Shown: positions 47,357 through 58,065 of the stretch, in pieces
Layout of the letters: every line of letters begins with the position of its first letter
Position numbering within the stretch: the first letter of the stretch is position 1
From: an uncultured cyanobacterium
Lineage (GTDB): Bacteria > Cyanobacteriota > Cyanobacteriia > PCC-6307 > Cyanobiaceae
Length of the DNA stretch: 64,000 nucleotides
Assembly: GCA_963697335.1 (NCBI GenBank)
Contig: CAVONQ010000016.1
Location: 1-64,000, forward strand
Direction: 5' to 3'
Made by a program: the position numbers and the translations under genes
Notes under the pieces: model-generated
The model's input: the letters and a program-made list of their open reading frames with translations, nothing else
What the model was told of the DNA's origin: nothing
The model's database searches: none

Positions 47357-49042
47357 ATGAACGCCCGTCGCTTCCTGGCGGTGGTGCTGGCGGTCACCCT
47401 GCTGCTGCTTGGGTTGGCTGGCGGTGCGGGCTGGCTGCTCTGGCAGCGGTCGCCCCTGCAGCTCCAGGTGCGCAGCCTGGTGGTGCCCAGCTCGGCCCGC
47501 TTCGTGCCGCGCACGGCCGCCCTGGGGCTGTTCCTGCTGAGCGATCCCCAGCAGCCCGTCGACTACGCCCGTGCCCTGGCGCCGATCCGCCAGCGCCGCC
47601 AGGCCGCTGAGGCGGTGGCCCGCCTGCGCGATGGGGCCTTCGCGGCCGCCGGCCTCGACTACCGGGGCGAGCTGGCTTCCTGGCTCGGCGACGAAACCGG
47701 CCTGGCCCTGGTGGCAAGCCAACCCGGTCAGCCCCCCGATGGCTGGCTGCTGGCCTTGCGCAGCCGGGATGGCGACGGCGCCCGCCGCTTTCTGCAGCGC
47801 TTCTGGCAGACCCGCAGCCTCGCCGGCACCGATCTCCAAGTGACGAGCTACCGCGGCATGGGCGTGATCAGCGGCCGGGGTGCCCTGCTGGGTAGCCAGC
47901 CCGTGCCGATCGCCACGGCCCTGATCGACGACGACCTCGTGCTGCTGGCCTCCGGGCGGGGCGTGCTGGAGCAGGCCCTCGACGTGTCGCAGATCGACGA
48001 ACTCAACCTGGCGGCCGACCCTTCCTTCCGCCAGGCCGTGCAGCGCCTGGGCCGGGGCAGCGTGCTCCTGCAGCTGCGGCCGGCGGGCCTGGAATCGTGG
48101 CTGGGTCTGCCGGCCGCCGGGGCCGCTGCCACGGCCTCTTCCCTGCCACTGCAGTCGGGCACGCTGGCCCTGCGCCCCAGCGGTCGGCGGCTGGAGCTGG
48201 AGGCGCTGCTGGCACTGACGCCCGACACGCTGCCCCAGGCCGAGGCCCAGGCCCAGCTGGAGCCCCAGGCCGATCCCGCAGAGCCGGTTCCGGCCGCTGC
48301 CCCAGGCCAGACCGCCTGGACATCCAGGCTCGATCCGGCCCGGGCCGCGGCACTCCTGGCAGGGCTGCGGGGCGACCCCGACAGCCTGGCCCTGCTCCAG
48401 GATCCGGCCCATTGGCCCGAAGCCTGGAACCAGCTGTTGCAGCGGCTGCTGCAGCAGCCTGAAGGAGGCCCCCTGCCGGATGCGGTGCTGGCGGCCGATG
48501 CGGGCCCGCTGCTCTGGAGCCAGGGACCCCAGGGCTGGCTGCTGGCCACCCCAGGCGATCAGCCTGAACCGGCAGCGCTGCAGCCTGCCCTGGACCAGCT
48601 GGGGTTGGTCACCGCCACGCTGCAGCGCCCGGATGGAGGCAGCCAGCAGGTATGGACCCGGCTCGACGCCCAAGAGGGATCCGGACGCCAGCGTCGCAGC
48701 GGCCCCCAGCTCAGCGTCAGCCTGGCGGGAGCCCGGGAGCTGGAGGCCGACCAGGCGTGGTGGGGGCAGACCCTGGCCGTGCTGGAGCAGCGGCGCCAGG
48801 GAGGCCCCGTTCCGCGGGATCGCTTGCGGGCCCTGGACGCCCTGGAGCTGCCCGAAGCGCCCCTGCAGTGGGCCAGCGGCCCTGAAACCGCCAGGACCCA
48901 GTTGCGTCGCTGGCCGGCCTGGCGGCTGCTCACCAGCCTCGCGGGTCAACCCCTCGATGGCGCCGTGGACGGGTTGGCGGTGGGGCTGGAGCCGGAGTCC
49001 GGCGATGGCCTGCACCTCAGGCTGGACCTGCGCTTTGGCTGA
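47357..49042 (+). CDS. DUF3352 family protein
   Basis: N-terminal TM, ARFVP, GLDY..EL.SWLG.E, FLQRFWQ, YRGMG.IS. Confidence 0.7.
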   Translation: MNARRFLAVVLAVTLLLLGLAGGAGWLLWQRSPLQLQVRSLVVPSSARFVPRTAALGLFLLSDPQQPVDYARALAPIRQRRQAAEAVARLRDGAFAAAGLDYRGELASWLGDETGLALVASQPGQPPDGWLLALRSRDGDGARRFLQRFWQTRSLAGTDLQVTSYRGMGVISGRGALLGSQPVPIATALIDDDLVLLASGRGVLEQALDVSQIDELNLAADPSFRQAVQRLGRGSVLLQLRPAGLESWLGLPAAGAAATASSLPLQSGTLALRPSGRRLELEALLALTPDTLPQAEAQAQLEPQADPAEPVPAAAPGQTAWTSRLDPARAAALLAGLRGDPDSLALLQDPAHWPEAWNQLLQRLLQQPEGGPLPDAVLAADAGPLLWSQGPQGWLLATPGDQPEPAALQPALDQLGLVTATLQRPDGGSQQVWTRLDAQEGSGRQRRSGPQLSVSLAGARELEADQAWWGQTLAVLEQRRQGGPVPRDRLRALDALELPEAPLQWASGPETARTQLRRWPAWRLLTSLAGQPLDGAVDGLAVGLEPESGDGLHLRLDLRFG

Positions 49043-49556
49043 GCTGCTGCTGCTCCGCCATGGCATCGCCGAGGAGCGTTGCCCCGATCGGGACGATGGG
49101 CTGCGCCAGCTCACCCCCGAGGGGCGGCGGCGCACCCGGGAGGTGGTGGGCCAGCTCAGTCGCCTCGGCCTGGGGGGGGATCGGCTCATCACCAGCCCCT
49201 TGGCCCGGGCCCGCCAGACTGCGGACATCGCCTTGGCGGCCGGGCTGGCACCCAGCCTGGAGGAAAGCGAGGCGCTGGTTCCGGGTGGGCAGGCCCTGGC
49301 CCTGCTGCAGGCTCGGCTGGAGGCCCAGGGAGAAGGCCGGCGCCTGCTGCTGGTGGGCCATGAGCCCGACCTCAGCGGCCTGGCGGCCCGGCTGATCGGT
49401 GCCGCCAGCGGCAGCATCGCGCTCAAGAAGGCCGGCGTGGCGCTGTTGGTGAGCTCCGACGCCGTGGCGCCAGGCTGTTGGCAGCTGCGGCTGCTGATCG
49501 CACCTCGGCAGTTGCTGTGTGAGCGGGCACGGCGCGGGGCCGCCCCCCAGCCGTAG
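49035..49556 (+). CDS. sixA: Phosphohistidine phosphatase
   Basis: LLRHGIAE, R.LT..G, TSPLARARQTA, VGHEPDL, LKKAG. Confidence 0.9.
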   Translation: MAELLLLRHGIAEERCPDRDDGLRQLTPEGRRRTREVVGQLSRLGLGGDRLITSPLARARQTADIALAAGLAPSLEESEALVPGGQALALLQARLEAQGEGRRLLLVGHEPDLSGLAARLIGAASGSIALKKAGVALLVSSDAVAPGCWQLRLLIAPRQLLCERARRGAAPQP

Positions 49557-49581
49557 GTTCTGGCCCACTGGACCTTGAGGC

Positions 49582-50766
49582 ATGGCTGAGCGCGTCACCA
49601 CCAACCTTTCCGCCGGCGTCAGGGAGACCCCTGCCGCGCCGGCGTTTCGCCCGGGCCTTGAGGGGGTGCCCGCCACTCAGTCAGCGATCTGCGACATCGA
49701 CGGCCAGCGCGGCCTGCTCACCTACCGGGGCTTCAACGCCGAGACCCTGGTGGCCCAGAGCTCCTTTCTGGAAACCACCTACCTGCTGATCTGGGGCGAG
49801 TTGCCCACCGCCGAACGCCTGCGCCACTTCGAGCAGGAGGTGCAGATGCACCGCCGGGTGAGCTTCCGCATCCGGGACATGATGAAGTGCTTCCCGGCCA
49901 CCGGCCACCCCATGGATGCGCTGCAGAGCAGCGCCGCCTCCCTCGGTCTGTTCTATTCCCGGCGCGCCCTCGACAACCCCGAGTACATCGCCGAGGCCGT
50001 GGTGCGGTTGATCGCCAAGATCCCCACGATGGTGGCGGCGTTCCAGCTGATCCGCAAAGGCCAGGATCCGATCCAGCCCCGCGATGACCTGGCCTTTGCC
50101 TCCAACATCCTCTACATGCTCATGGAGCGGGAGCCGGACCCGCTGGCGGCCCGCATCTTCGATGCCTGCCTGATCCTGCACGCTGAGCACAGCCTCAACG
50201 CCAGCACCTTCAGCGCCCGGGTCACGGCCAGCACCCTCACCGACCCCTATGCCGTGGTGGCTTCGGCGGTGGGCACCCTGGCCGGCCCCCTGCACGGCGG
50301 CGCCAACGAGGACGTGCTGGCCATGCTGGAAGCCATCGGCAGCGAAGACCAGGTGGGGCCCTGGCTCGACCGGGCCATTGCCGAGAAGCAGAAGATCATG
50401 GGCTTCGGCCACCGGGAATACAAGGTGAAGGATCCCCGCGCCGTGATCCTGCAGGGGCTGGCCGAACAGCTGTTCGACCGATTCGGCCACGATCCCCTCT
50501 ACGACCTGGCCCGCAAGGTGGAGGAAGAGGCCAGCACCCGGCTGGGCCCGAAGGGCATCTACCCCAACGTGGACTTCTATTCCGGCCTCGTGTACCGCAA
50601 GCTCGGCATCCCCCGCGACCTGTTCACCCCCGTGTTCGCGATCGCCCGCACGGCCGGTTGGCTGGCCCACTGGAAGGAGCAGCTTGGTGCAAACCGCATC
50701 TTCCGACCGTCGCAGATTTACACCGGGGCCCCACCGCGGGACTGGATCCCGCTGGAAGCCCGCTAA
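49582..50766 (+). CDS. gltA: Citrate synthase
   Basis: GLEGV, LHAEH..NASTF, GPLHGGANE, GFGHR.YK..DPR, PNVDFYSG. Confidence 0.97.
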   Translation: MAERVTTNLSAGVRETPAAPAFRPGLEGVPATQSAICDIDGQRGLLTYRGFNAETLVAQSSFLETTYLLIWGELPTAERLRHFEQEVQMHRRVSFRIRDMMKCFPATGHPMDALQSSAASLGLFYSRRALDNPEYIAEAVVRLIAKIPTMVAAFQLIRKGQDPIQPRDDLAFASNILYMLMEREPDPLAARIFDACLILHAEHSLNASTFSARVTASTLTDPYAVVASAVGTLAGPLHGGANEDVLAMLEAIGSEDQVGPWLDRAIAEKQKIMGFGHREYKVKDPRAVILQGLAEQLFDRFGHDPLYDLARKVEEEASTRLGPKGIYPNVDFYSGLVYRKLGIPRDLFTPVFAIARTAGWLAHWKEQLGANRIFRPSQIYTGAPPRDWIPLEAR

Positions 50767-50790
50767 GTTGCTGCGATCTGAGACGTCGTC

Positions 50791-51975
50791 ATGCTGAGCC
50801 CCTCAGGGTCAGGTTTGGCCTCGGTGCTGGGGCTCGTCCCGGCCACCGCCCTCCCACCTGGTCCTGGCCTTGATCTCGAGGCCAGTTTTGTCGCCCTGCT
50901 CCAGGGTCTGGGCCTCAGCCCGGGGGCCGCACGCCTGGTCTGGCTGCCCCTGCCCATGCTGCTGGTGCTGGTCGCCGCAGTGGTGGGGGTGCTGGTGAAC
51001 GTGTGGCTGGAGCGCAAGATCTCCGCCGCCGTGCAGCAGCGGATCGGCCCCGAATACGCCGGGGCCCTGGGGGTGCTGCAGCCCATGGCGGATGGCCTCA
51101 AGCTGCTGTTCAAGGAAGACATCATTCCCGCCCGGGCCGACGGCCTGCTGTTCACCCTCGGCCCGGTGCTGGTGCTGATCCCGGTGATCCTCAGTTGGCT
51201 GGTGGTGCCCTTCGGCGAGCACCTGGTGATCAGCAATGTGGGCATCGGCATCTTCCTCTGGATTGCCCTGAGTTCGATCCAGCCCATCGGCCTGCTGATG
51301 AGCGGCTATGCCTCCAACAACAAATACTCCCTGCTGGGTGGTCTGCGGGCGGCGGCCCAGTCGATCAGCTACGAGATTCCGCTGGCCCTGGCGGTGCTGG
51401 CCGTGGTGATGATGAGCAACTCGCTCAGCACCGTGGACATCGTGGCCCAGCAGACAGGGGCCGGCATCCTCAGCTGGAACATCTGGCGCCAGCCCGTGGG
51501 CTTCGTGATCTTCTGGATCTGCGTGCTGGCCGAATGCGAGCGGCTGCCCTTTGATCTCCCCGAGGCCGAGGAGGAGCTTGTGGCTGGCTACCAGACTGAG
51601 TATGCCGGCATGAAGTTCGCCCTCTTCTACCTCGGCAGCTACATCAACCTGGTGCTCTCGGCCCTGCTGGTGTCGGTGCTTTACCTGGGCGGCTGGGGCT
51701 TCCCGCTGCCGGTGGAGTGGTTGGCGGGTTGGCTTGGTCAGCCGATCGATGCGCCGCTGGTGCAGGTGATCACGGGGTCTGTGGGGATCGTGATGACTGT
51801 ATTGAAGGCCTACCTGCTGGTGTTCCTGGCGATCCTGCTGCGCTGGACCACTCCCCGGGTGCGCATCGACCAACTCCTTGACCTGGGCTGGAAGTTCCTG
51901 CTGCCGATCGCCCTGGTCAACCTGCTGGTCACGGCCGGTCTCAAGCTGGCTTTCCCCGCCTTCTTCGGCGGCTGA
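50791..51975 (+). CDS. ndhA: NDH-1 subunit A
   Basis: [38 protein letters not shown]. Confidence 0.97.
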   Translation: MLSPSGSGLASVLGLVPATALPPGPGLDLEASFVALLQGLGLSPGAARLVWLPLPMLLVLVAAVVGVLVNVWLERKISAAVQQRIGPEYAGALGVLQPMADGLKLLFKEDIIPARADGLLFTLGPVLVLIPVILSWLVVPFGEHLVISNVGIGIFLWIALSSIQPIGLLMSGYASNNKYSLLGGLRAAAQSISYEIPLALAVLAVVMMSNSLSTVDIVAQQTGAGILSWNIWRQPVGFVIFWICVLAECERLPFDLPEAEEELVAGYQTEYAGMKFALFYLGSYINLVLSALLVSVLYLGGWGFPLPVEWLAGWLGQPIDAPLVQVITGSVGIVMTVLKAYLLVFLAILLRWTTPRVRIDQLLDLGWKFLLPIALVNLLVTAGLKLAFPAFFGG

Positions 51976-52055
51976 ACCTTCAGCTTCGGCTCTCCTGAGT
52001 CATCATGGTCGGGCTTCGCCCAGGCCAGCCCCGTCGTCCAACCCCCTTAAAGCGC

Positions 52056-52685
52056 ATGTTCGGGTTTCTCAAAAAAGTCGGCGATTACAGCCGCGATGCG
52101 GTTGGTGCCGCCCAATACATGACCCAGGGGCTGGCCGTCACCTTTGATCACCTGCGCCGCAGGCCGGTCACGGTTCAGTATCCCTACGAAAAGCTGATCC
52201 CTTCGGAGCGCTACCGCGGCCGTATTCATTTCGAGTTTGATAAGTGCATCGCCTGTGAAGTGTGCGTGCGGGTGTGCCCTATCAATCTGCCGGTGGTGGA
52301 TTGGACCATGAACAAGGCCACCAAGAAAAAAGAGCTCAGCAATTACTCGATTGATTTCGGAGTTTGTATCTTCTGCGGCAACTGTGTGGAGTACTGCCCC
52401 ACCAACTGCCTCTCGATGACGGAGGAATACGAGCTCTCTGCCTTCGATCGCCACAGCCTCAACTACGACAACGTGGCACTGGGACGTCTTCCCACCAGCG
52501 TCACCAGCGATCCCGCTGTCGTGGCCCTGCGCGAACTCGTTTACCTGCCCAAGGGCGTGATGGATCCCCATGGGGTGCCCGACACCACGCCTCGAGCAGG
52601 GCAGCTGCCTGAGCAGGTGCTCGCCTCGATGCCAGCCTCTACCCCGCCCTCCAAGGACCAGCCCGCTTCGGAGACTGACAGCTGA
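52056..52685 (+). CDS. ndhI: NDH-1 subunit I
   Basis: Two 4Fe-4S motifs, [12 protein letters not shown] and [12 protein letters not shown]. Confidence 0.97.
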   Translation: MFGFLKKVGDYSRDAVGAAQYMTQGLAVTFDHLRRRPVTVQYPYEKLIPSERYRGRIHFEFDKCIACEVCVRVCPINLPVVDWTMNKATKKKELSNYSIDFGVCIFCGNCVEYCPTNCLSMTEEYELSAFDRHSLNYDNVALGRLPTSVTSDPAVVALRELVYLPKGVMDPHGVPDTTPRAGQLPEQVLASMPASTPPSKDQPASETDS

Positions 52686-53287
52686 TGACCATCGCCTCCA
52701 CGACCCAGTTCATCTGCTTCGCCATCCTCTCCACCACCCTGGTGGCCGGAACCCTGGGCGTTGTGCTGCTGCCCAACATCGTCTATTCCGCCTTCCTTCT
52801 CGCTGGCGTCTTCCTCTCGGTGGCCGGGCTCTACCTGATGCTCAATGCCAGCTTCGTGGCCGCGGCCCAGGTGCTGGTCTACGTGGGCGCCGTGAACGTG
52901 TTGATCCTGTTCGCGATCATGCTGGTCAACAAGCGGGAGGACCTCTCCGTGATCAAGGGCCTGGCCCTGCGCCGGGTGCTGTCGGGTCTGGTCTGCGGCG
53001 GGCTGTTTGCCCTGCTCTTCCGGGTGGCCGTCACCACCCCCTGGAACCTGCCCGGTCCCACGCCGATCGGCGAAGAGGCCACCATCCGCATCGGGGAACA
53101 CCTCTTCTCCGACTATCTGCTGCCGTTTGAGCTCGCCTCTGTGCTGTTGCTGATGGCCATGATCGGTGCCATCGTCCTGGCCAGGCGCGATGTGTTCACT
53201 TCCGATATCGCCACGGGTGAGGCCGCCGATCAGGAGTTGATCGAGCAGTCCCGTTATCCCCTGCTGATCGACAAGTCGTCGTCGTGA
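52685..53287 (+). CDS. ndhG: NDH-1 subunit G
   Basis: [36 protein letters not shown]. Confidence 0.96.
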   Translation: MTIASTTQFICFAILSTTLVAGTLGVVLLPNIVYSAFLLAGVFLSVAGLYLMLNASFVAAAQVLVYVGAVNVLILFAIMLVNKREDLSVIKGLALRRVLSGLVCGGLFALLFRVAVTTPWNLPGPTPIGEEATIRIGEHLFSDYLLPFELASVLLLMAMIGAIVLARRDVFTSDIATGEAADQELIEQSRYPLLIDKSSS

Positions 53288-53384
53288 GCTGGGGCGGTCG
53301 ACCGTCTGGTGCCGCCCTCAGGGCTGCCCGGCCCCGCCCTCCCTTCCGCCTTACCTCCGCACCCTCCTTCACCACCAGACCACC

Positions 53385-53714
53385 ATGGAGCCCAGTCTTT
53401 CCGCCACGATTCCTCTCCAGGCCTACCTGGTGCTGGCGGCGCTGCTGTTCTGTGCCGGCGTCTGGGGGCTGATCAACAGCCGCAATGCCGTGCGGGTGCT
53501 GATGAGCATCGAGCTGATGCTGAATGCAGTGAACATCAACCTGATGGCCTTTTCCAGCTATCTCGATGGTGAGCTGATCCGTGGCCAGGTGTTTGCGATC
53601 TTCGTGATCACCGTGGCCGCTGCTGAGGCGGCGGTGGGTCTGGCGATCCTGCTGTCGCTCTATCGCAACCGCGAAACCGTGGATATGGAGCGGTTCAATC
53701 TGCTGCGCTGGTGA
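53385..53714 (+). CDS. ndhE: NDH-1 subunit E (4L)
   Basis: [27 protein letters not shown]. Confidence 0.96.
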   Translation: MEPSLSATIPLQAYLVLAALLFCAGVWGLINSRNAVRVLMSIELMLNAVNINLMAFSSYLDGELIRGQVFAIFVITVAAAEAAVGLAILLSLYRNRETVDMERFNLLRW

Positions 53715-53730
53715 TTCCTGAACTCTCCCC

Positions 53731-54684
53731 ATGCGGCTGGATCGCATCTGGCTGATCGCCAGGGCCGGTAGCCAGGCTGCCCAGCGCCAGGCCCAGCGCT
53801 GTGCCCTGGATCTTCGCAGCCAGGGCGCCACGGTGACCATGGCCACCAGTGGCCCCGTCAACAACCCCTTCCCTGGACTGCTGGCCACGGAGCCTGAGCT
53901 GCCTGATCTGGCCATTGTGCTGGGGGGTGATGGCACGGTGCTGGGAGCCGCCCGCCACCTGGCTCCCCTGGCCATTCCGATTCTCTGTTTCAACGTGGGC
54001 GGCCATCTGGGCTTTCTCACCCACAACCGCAACCTGCTGCGTCTCGATGGCCAGGCCCCCCGTCGTGGCAGCCCCTCCGACGACCCGCGCAGCCTCTGGA
54101 GCATCCTGCGCGAGGACGCCTTCGCTGTGGAGCAGCGCATGATGCTGGAGGCCCACATCGATCGCGGCGATGGCGTTGAGGCCGCGGCGGAGCTCACCCA
54201 TCTCGCCCTCAACGACGTTTACTTCCGTCCGGGCCTCGATGAACGCTCGCCCACCTGCGTGCTGGAGCTGGAGATCGATGGCGAGGTGGTGGATCAGTTC
54301 CGCGGCGATGGGCTGATCATCGCCACGCCCACCGGATCCACCGGCTATGCCATGGCGGCCGGTGGGCCGATCCTGCATCCGGGCATCGAGGCGATCGTGG
54401 TCACGCCGATCTGTCCGATCAGTCTGTCCAGCCGCGCCCTCGTGGTGCCTCCCCGGGCCCAGCTGTCGGTGTGGCCCCTGGGGGAGTCCAGCCGCCGGGT
54501 CAACCTCTGGCAGGACGGAGCCCATGCCACCACCCTGGAGCCGGGGGACCGGGCCCTGGTGCAGCGCTCTGGCCATCCGGCCCTGCTGCTGCTCCTGGAA
54601 CGCAGCCCGTCCTACTACCGCACCCTCACCCACAAGCTGCACTGGGCTGGCAGCCTGATTGCCGGCGAACCCTCCCACAACTGA
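53731..54684 (+). CDS. nadK: NAD kinase
   Basis: [35 protein letters not shown]. Confidence 0.93.
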   Translation: MRLDRIWLIARAGSQAAQRQAQRCALDLRSQGATVTMATSGPVNNPFPGLLATEPELPDLAIVLGGDGTVLGAARHLAPLAIPILCFNVGGHLGFLTHNRNLLRLDGQAPRRGSPSDDPRSLWSILREDAFAVEQRMMLEAHIDRGDGVEAAAELTHLALNDVYFRPGLDERSPTCVLELEIDGEVVDQFRGDGLIIATPTGSTGYAMAAGGPILHPGIEAIVVTPICPISLSSRALVVPPRAQLSVWPLGESSRRVNLWQDGAHATTLEPGDRALVQRSGHPALLLLLERSPSYYRTLTHKLHWAGSLIAGEPSHN

Positions 54685-54692
54685 CCCGAGCC

Positions 54693-55298
54693 ATGGCCCT
54701 GGAGATCGAGCGTCGGTTCCTGGTGCATGGTGAGCAGTGGCGCGAGCACATCGCTGGGCGGGCCCACCTGCTGCAGGGCTACCTGGTGAGCGGCCCAGGT
54801 GGGCTCACCCTGCGGGTGCGCTCCAGCAGGTCGGAGGCTCCGGTGTGGGGGGAGGCTGCCGCAGGGCCGGGGGCGGCCGAGGCCTGGCTCACCCTCAAGG
54901 CTCCGGTGGCGGCCGGCGAGGCCCCCATGCTGCCTGGGGAGGCCTCTGGGCAGCCGGATGGCCTGGTGCGGCAGGAGTTCGAATACGCCATCCCCGTCGC
55001 CGATGCCCAGGCCCTGCTGGCCCTGGCCCCCCACCAGCTCAGCAAGTGGCGCTACAACCTCACCCTGCCCGGTGGTGACTGGGTGGTGGATGTGTTCGAA
55101 GCGGCCAATGCCCCCCTGGTGCTGGCGGAGGTGGAGCTGGCTTCGGCTGACCAGTCGCCCCCCCTGCCGCCCTGGTGCGCCGAGGAAGTGACGGGGCGCC
55201 ACGAGCTCAGCAATGCCGCCCTGGCCCGCGAGCCCCTGCAGGGCTGGAGCCCTGAACAGCGCCGGACGCTGCCGGGATGGCTGAACGGGGGGCAGTGA
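54693..55298 (+). CDS. CYTH domain protein
   Basis: EIERRFLV, QGYL, LRVR, EFEY.IP, K.RY, LAEVEL. Confidence 0.9.
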   Translation: MALEIERRFLVHGEQWREHIAGRAHLLQGYLVSGPGGLTLRVRSSRSEAPVWGEAAAGPGAAEAWLTLKAPVAAGEAPMLPGEASGQPDGLVRQEFEYAIPVADAQALLALAPHQLSKWRYNLTLPGGDWVVDVFEAANAPLVLAEVELASADQSPPLPPWCAEEVTGRHELSNAALAREPLQGWSPEQRRTLPGWLNGGQ

Positions 55299-55337
55299 CA
55301 TCGGATACAATCAGCAGACTTTCTTAAGGAGCTGGGC

Positions 55338-55517
55338 GTGGTCGGTCTCTACGACAGCCAGGGGGTGTTGCGCTTTGCTGGCCGGGATCGCGACGATTGC
55401 CTCGCCTATGCAGAGCTGTTCTCGCTGCCCGAGGAGAGCTACAGCCTCGAGAGTGTGGCTGTGCTGGTGCGCGGTTCCTTGGCCAGCACCCCTGAAGTGG
55501 CCTTGGCGGGGGCCTGA
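55338..55517 (+). CDS. Small hypothetical protein (59 aa, not in ORF track)
   Basis: AAGGAG RBS, GTG start, MVGLYDSQGVLRFAGRDRDDCLAYAELFSL..., fills the intergenic gap. Confidence 0.7.
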   Translation: MVGLYDSQGVLRFAGRDRDDCLAYAELFSLPEESYSLESVAVLVRGSLASTPEVALAGA

Positions 55518-55531
55518 GACGGGGGGCCTGC

Positions 55532-55828
55532 TCAGCTGCCTTCTTCAGGCTGCTGCTCGAGCGAGCAGCAGTTGAAGCCATCCCGGCAGATCTTGCCCCG
55601 ATCCATGGCCCAGTTCAGCAGGGCGACGCGGTTCTTGGCCCCGGTCTTGGTGAAGATGTTGCTCACGTGGTTGTCCACGGTGCGCTTGCTGATCGTGAGC
55701 TGGCCCGCGATCTCCTGATTGGTGAGTCCTTCGGCCACCAGGGCGATGATTTCCAGCTCCCGCTCGGAGAGGTTGCGCTCCTGGGGCTGATGCTGCTGGA
55801 GCTCTCTGCCCATCTCCGCCAGGCCCAT
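55532..55828 (-). CDS. Small LuxR-type HTH regulator (PedR-like)
   Basis: LSERELEII.LVAEGLTNQEIA..L.ISKRTVDNHVSNI; C-terminal GKICRDGFNCC; start uncertain. Confidence 0.85.
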   Translation of the reverse strand: MGLAEMGRELQQHQPQERNLSERELEIIALVAEGLTNQEIAGQLTISKRTVDNHVSNIFTKTGAKNRVALLNWAMDRGKICRDGFNCCSLEQQPEEGS

Positions 55829-55891
55829 AGGCACTTATTCACTCTAGGCAGGCCTCTGCCGCATGATGGGGCCTGCGATGGGAAGCTTGGC

Positions 55892-56833
55892 TTGCTGCTC
55901 CAACAGGCCCTGGCCAGCGGGCAACCGGCGATCACGGCCGAGGTGACTCCGCCGCGGGGAGGGGATCCCAGCCGCACCCTGGCCGCTGCCGCAGCCCTGC
56001 GCCCCTGGGTGCATGCCATCAACGTCACCGACGGCAGCAGGGCGGTGATGCGGATGAGCAGCCTGGCCCTGTGCCGCCTGCTGCTGGACATTGGTCTGGA
56101 GCCGGTGCTGCAGATGGCCTGCCGCGACCGCAACCGCATTGCCCTGCAGGCCGACCTGCTGGGGGCCCATGCCCTCGGCCTGCGCAATCTCCTCTGCCTC
56201 ACGGGCGATCCGGTGGGGGCTGGTGACCAGCCCGGGGCCCGGCCCGTGAATGAGCTCGAATCGGTGCGGTTGCTGCAGCTGGTGGCCCAGCTGAACGGGG
56301 GTCGGGACCCCGTGAGCGGCCTGCTGCCGGATGGCGGCACCACCTTCTTCGCCGGAGCTGCCGCCGACCCCCAGAGCCCCAGCTGGAGCGGTCTTCAGAG
56401 CCGCATGCGCCGCAAGCAGCGCGCTGGTGCCCGCTTCGTGCAGACCCAGATGGTGACGGACGCCGCCGCCCTGCGCCGCTTCGTCGACGAGATCGCCGCC
56501 CCCCTGGGGCTGCCGGTGCTGGCCGGTGTGTTTCTGCTGAAATCGGCGAAAAACGCTCTGTTCATCAACCGGGTGGTGCCCGGGGCCAACATTCCCCAGT
56601 GCCTGATCGACCGGCTTGCCGCAGCGACCGACCCCGCGGCGGAGGGGGTGGCCATTGCGGCGGAACAGGTGGCCAGCTACCTGGAGATTGCCCAGGGGGT
56701 TCACGTGATGGCGATCAAAGCAGAAGCGCTCATCCCGCGGATCCTGGCCCAGGCGGGGATTGCCCCAGTGCTGCCCACCGCCGGGGTGGATCTGGGCAGG
56801 GCGCAGGCCGAGCTCTATCCCGGGGCCCGTTGA
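55892..56833 (+). CDS. metF: Methylenetetrahydrofolate reductase
   Basis: ITAEVTPPRG, NVTDGSRA, CRDRNRIALQ, LTGDP, FVQTQ; start approximate. Confidence 0.88.
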   Translation: MLLQQALASGQPAITAEVTPPRGGDPSRTLAAAAALRPWVHAINVTDGSRAVMRMSSLALCRLLLDIGLEPVLQMACRDRNRIALQADLLGAHALGLRNLLCLTGDPVGAGDQPGARPVNELESVRLLQLVAQLNGGRDPVSGLLPDGGTTFFAGAAADPQSPSWSGLQSRMRRKQRAGARFVQTQMVTDAAALRRFVDEIAAPLGLPVLAGVFLLKSAKNALFINRVVPGANIPQCLIDRLAAATDPAAEGVAIAAEQVASYLEIAQGVHVMAIKAEALIPRILAQAGIAPVLPTAGVDLGRAQAELYPGAR

Positions 56834-58020
56834 GGCTGAACCAGGTCCTGGTTGAGGTTGATGTCGCTGCCCAGCAGTTCCGCCAGCGCCTTCTGTTGCG
56901 GACTCGGCGAGACCACGTCGAGGCGGCGGGCGTCGGTGATCAGCCAGTCGAGGGCGGCCTCCTGGAGATCGAAGTGGTCGCCGTTGCGGTCCACGCAGTA
57001 GCGCCCGAACACCAGCTTCTCCACCAGGCGAACTCCAGGCCCGATGCGCGAGTAGTCGAAGATGATCGAGTTATCGATCACGGCCCCTTCACAGATCTGA
57101 CAGCTGGGGCCGATCATGGCCGGTCCGATGATCGTGGCTCCGTCTTCGATGCGGGTCATGCCGCCCACGTAAATGGGCCCCTCCACCCGGATGCGATCCC
57201 AGTTGGCAGCCACATTGAGGCCGGTGTACACCCCAGGTCGCACCTCTTTACCGGGAATCTGAACCTGCCGTACGTGGCCCTGGAGCACGCTGCGGATGGC
57301 CTGCCAATAATCTGGCACCTTGCCGATGTCCACCCACTCGAACTCCATCGGCAGGGCGTAGAAGGGGGCTCCAGCGGCCACCAGCTTCGGGAACAGATCT
57401 GAGCCGATGTCGAAGGGCTGGTTGCTGGGCACGAAATCCAGCACCTCCGGTTCGAAAATGTAGATGCCGGTGTTGATCATGTTGCTGGCGGCCTCCGCCA
57501 GCGGTGGCTTCTCCTGGAAGGAGAGCACCCGGCCATCGTCATCGGTCACCACCACCCCGTAGCTGCTCACCTGATCATTCGGTACCCGCTTGGTGACCAG
57601 GCTCGCCATCGCTCCCTTCTCGCGATGCAGGCGCACGGCCTCGGTGAGGTCGAGGTCGATCAGGGCGTCGCCGCAGAGCACCACGAAGGTGTCGTCGAAG
57701 AATGGCTGAAAATTCTGGATCTTCTTGAGGCCTCCGGCGGAGCCCAGGGCATCGCCGATCAGTTCACCGTCTTCGATGCGGCCTTCAAAGCTGTAGGCGA
57801 TCTCCACGCCGAAGCGCTGGCCGTCACGGAAGTAATTCTCAATTTCCTCAGCCAGGTGGGACACATTCACCATGACTTCGGTGAACCCGTGCTGCCGCAG
57901 CAGCTCCAGCAGAAACTCCATCACGGGCTTCTGCAGGATCGGGATCATCGGCTTGGGAATGGTGTGCGTGATCGGCCGCACCCTTGTTCCTTTGCCAGCC
58001 GCCAGGATCATCGCCTTCAT
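56815..58020 (-). CDS. cugP: NDP-sugar pyrophosphorylase, cyanobacterial CugP type
   Basis: MKAMILAAGKGTRVRPIT..IPKPMIPILQKPVMEFL; C-terminal hexapeptide repeats. Confidence 0.8.
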   Translation of the reverse strand: MKAMILAAGKGTRVRPITHTIPKPMIPILQKPVMEFLLELLRQHGFTEVMVNVSHLAEEIENYFRDGQRFGVEIAYSFEGRIEDGELIGDALGSAGGLKKIQNFQPFFDDTFVVLCGDALIDLDLTEAVRLHREKGAMASLVTKRVPNDQVSSYGVVVTDDDGRVLSFQEKPPLAEAASNMINTGIYIFEPEVLDFVPSNQPFDIGSDLFPKLVAAGAPFYALPMEFEWVDIGKVPDYWQAIRSVLQGHVRQVQIPGKEVRPGVYTGLNVAANWDRIRVEGPIYVGGMTRIEDGATIIGPAMIGPSCQICEGAVIDNSIIFDYSRIGPGVRLVEKLVFGRYCVDRNGDHFDLQEAALDWLITDARRLDVVSPSPQQKALAELLGSDINLNQDLVQPQRAPG

Positions 58021-58065
58021 CTGGGCGTACTCACTGAGGTCGGGGGCACCAGCTTACGCGCAGGA

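Noticed and set aside
45833..49426. 1197-aa ORF as a giant HrcA fusion
   Set aside because: Only the last 329 aa are HrcA; the rest is antisense to DUF3352/sixA or out of frame with rhodanese, a high-GC artefact.
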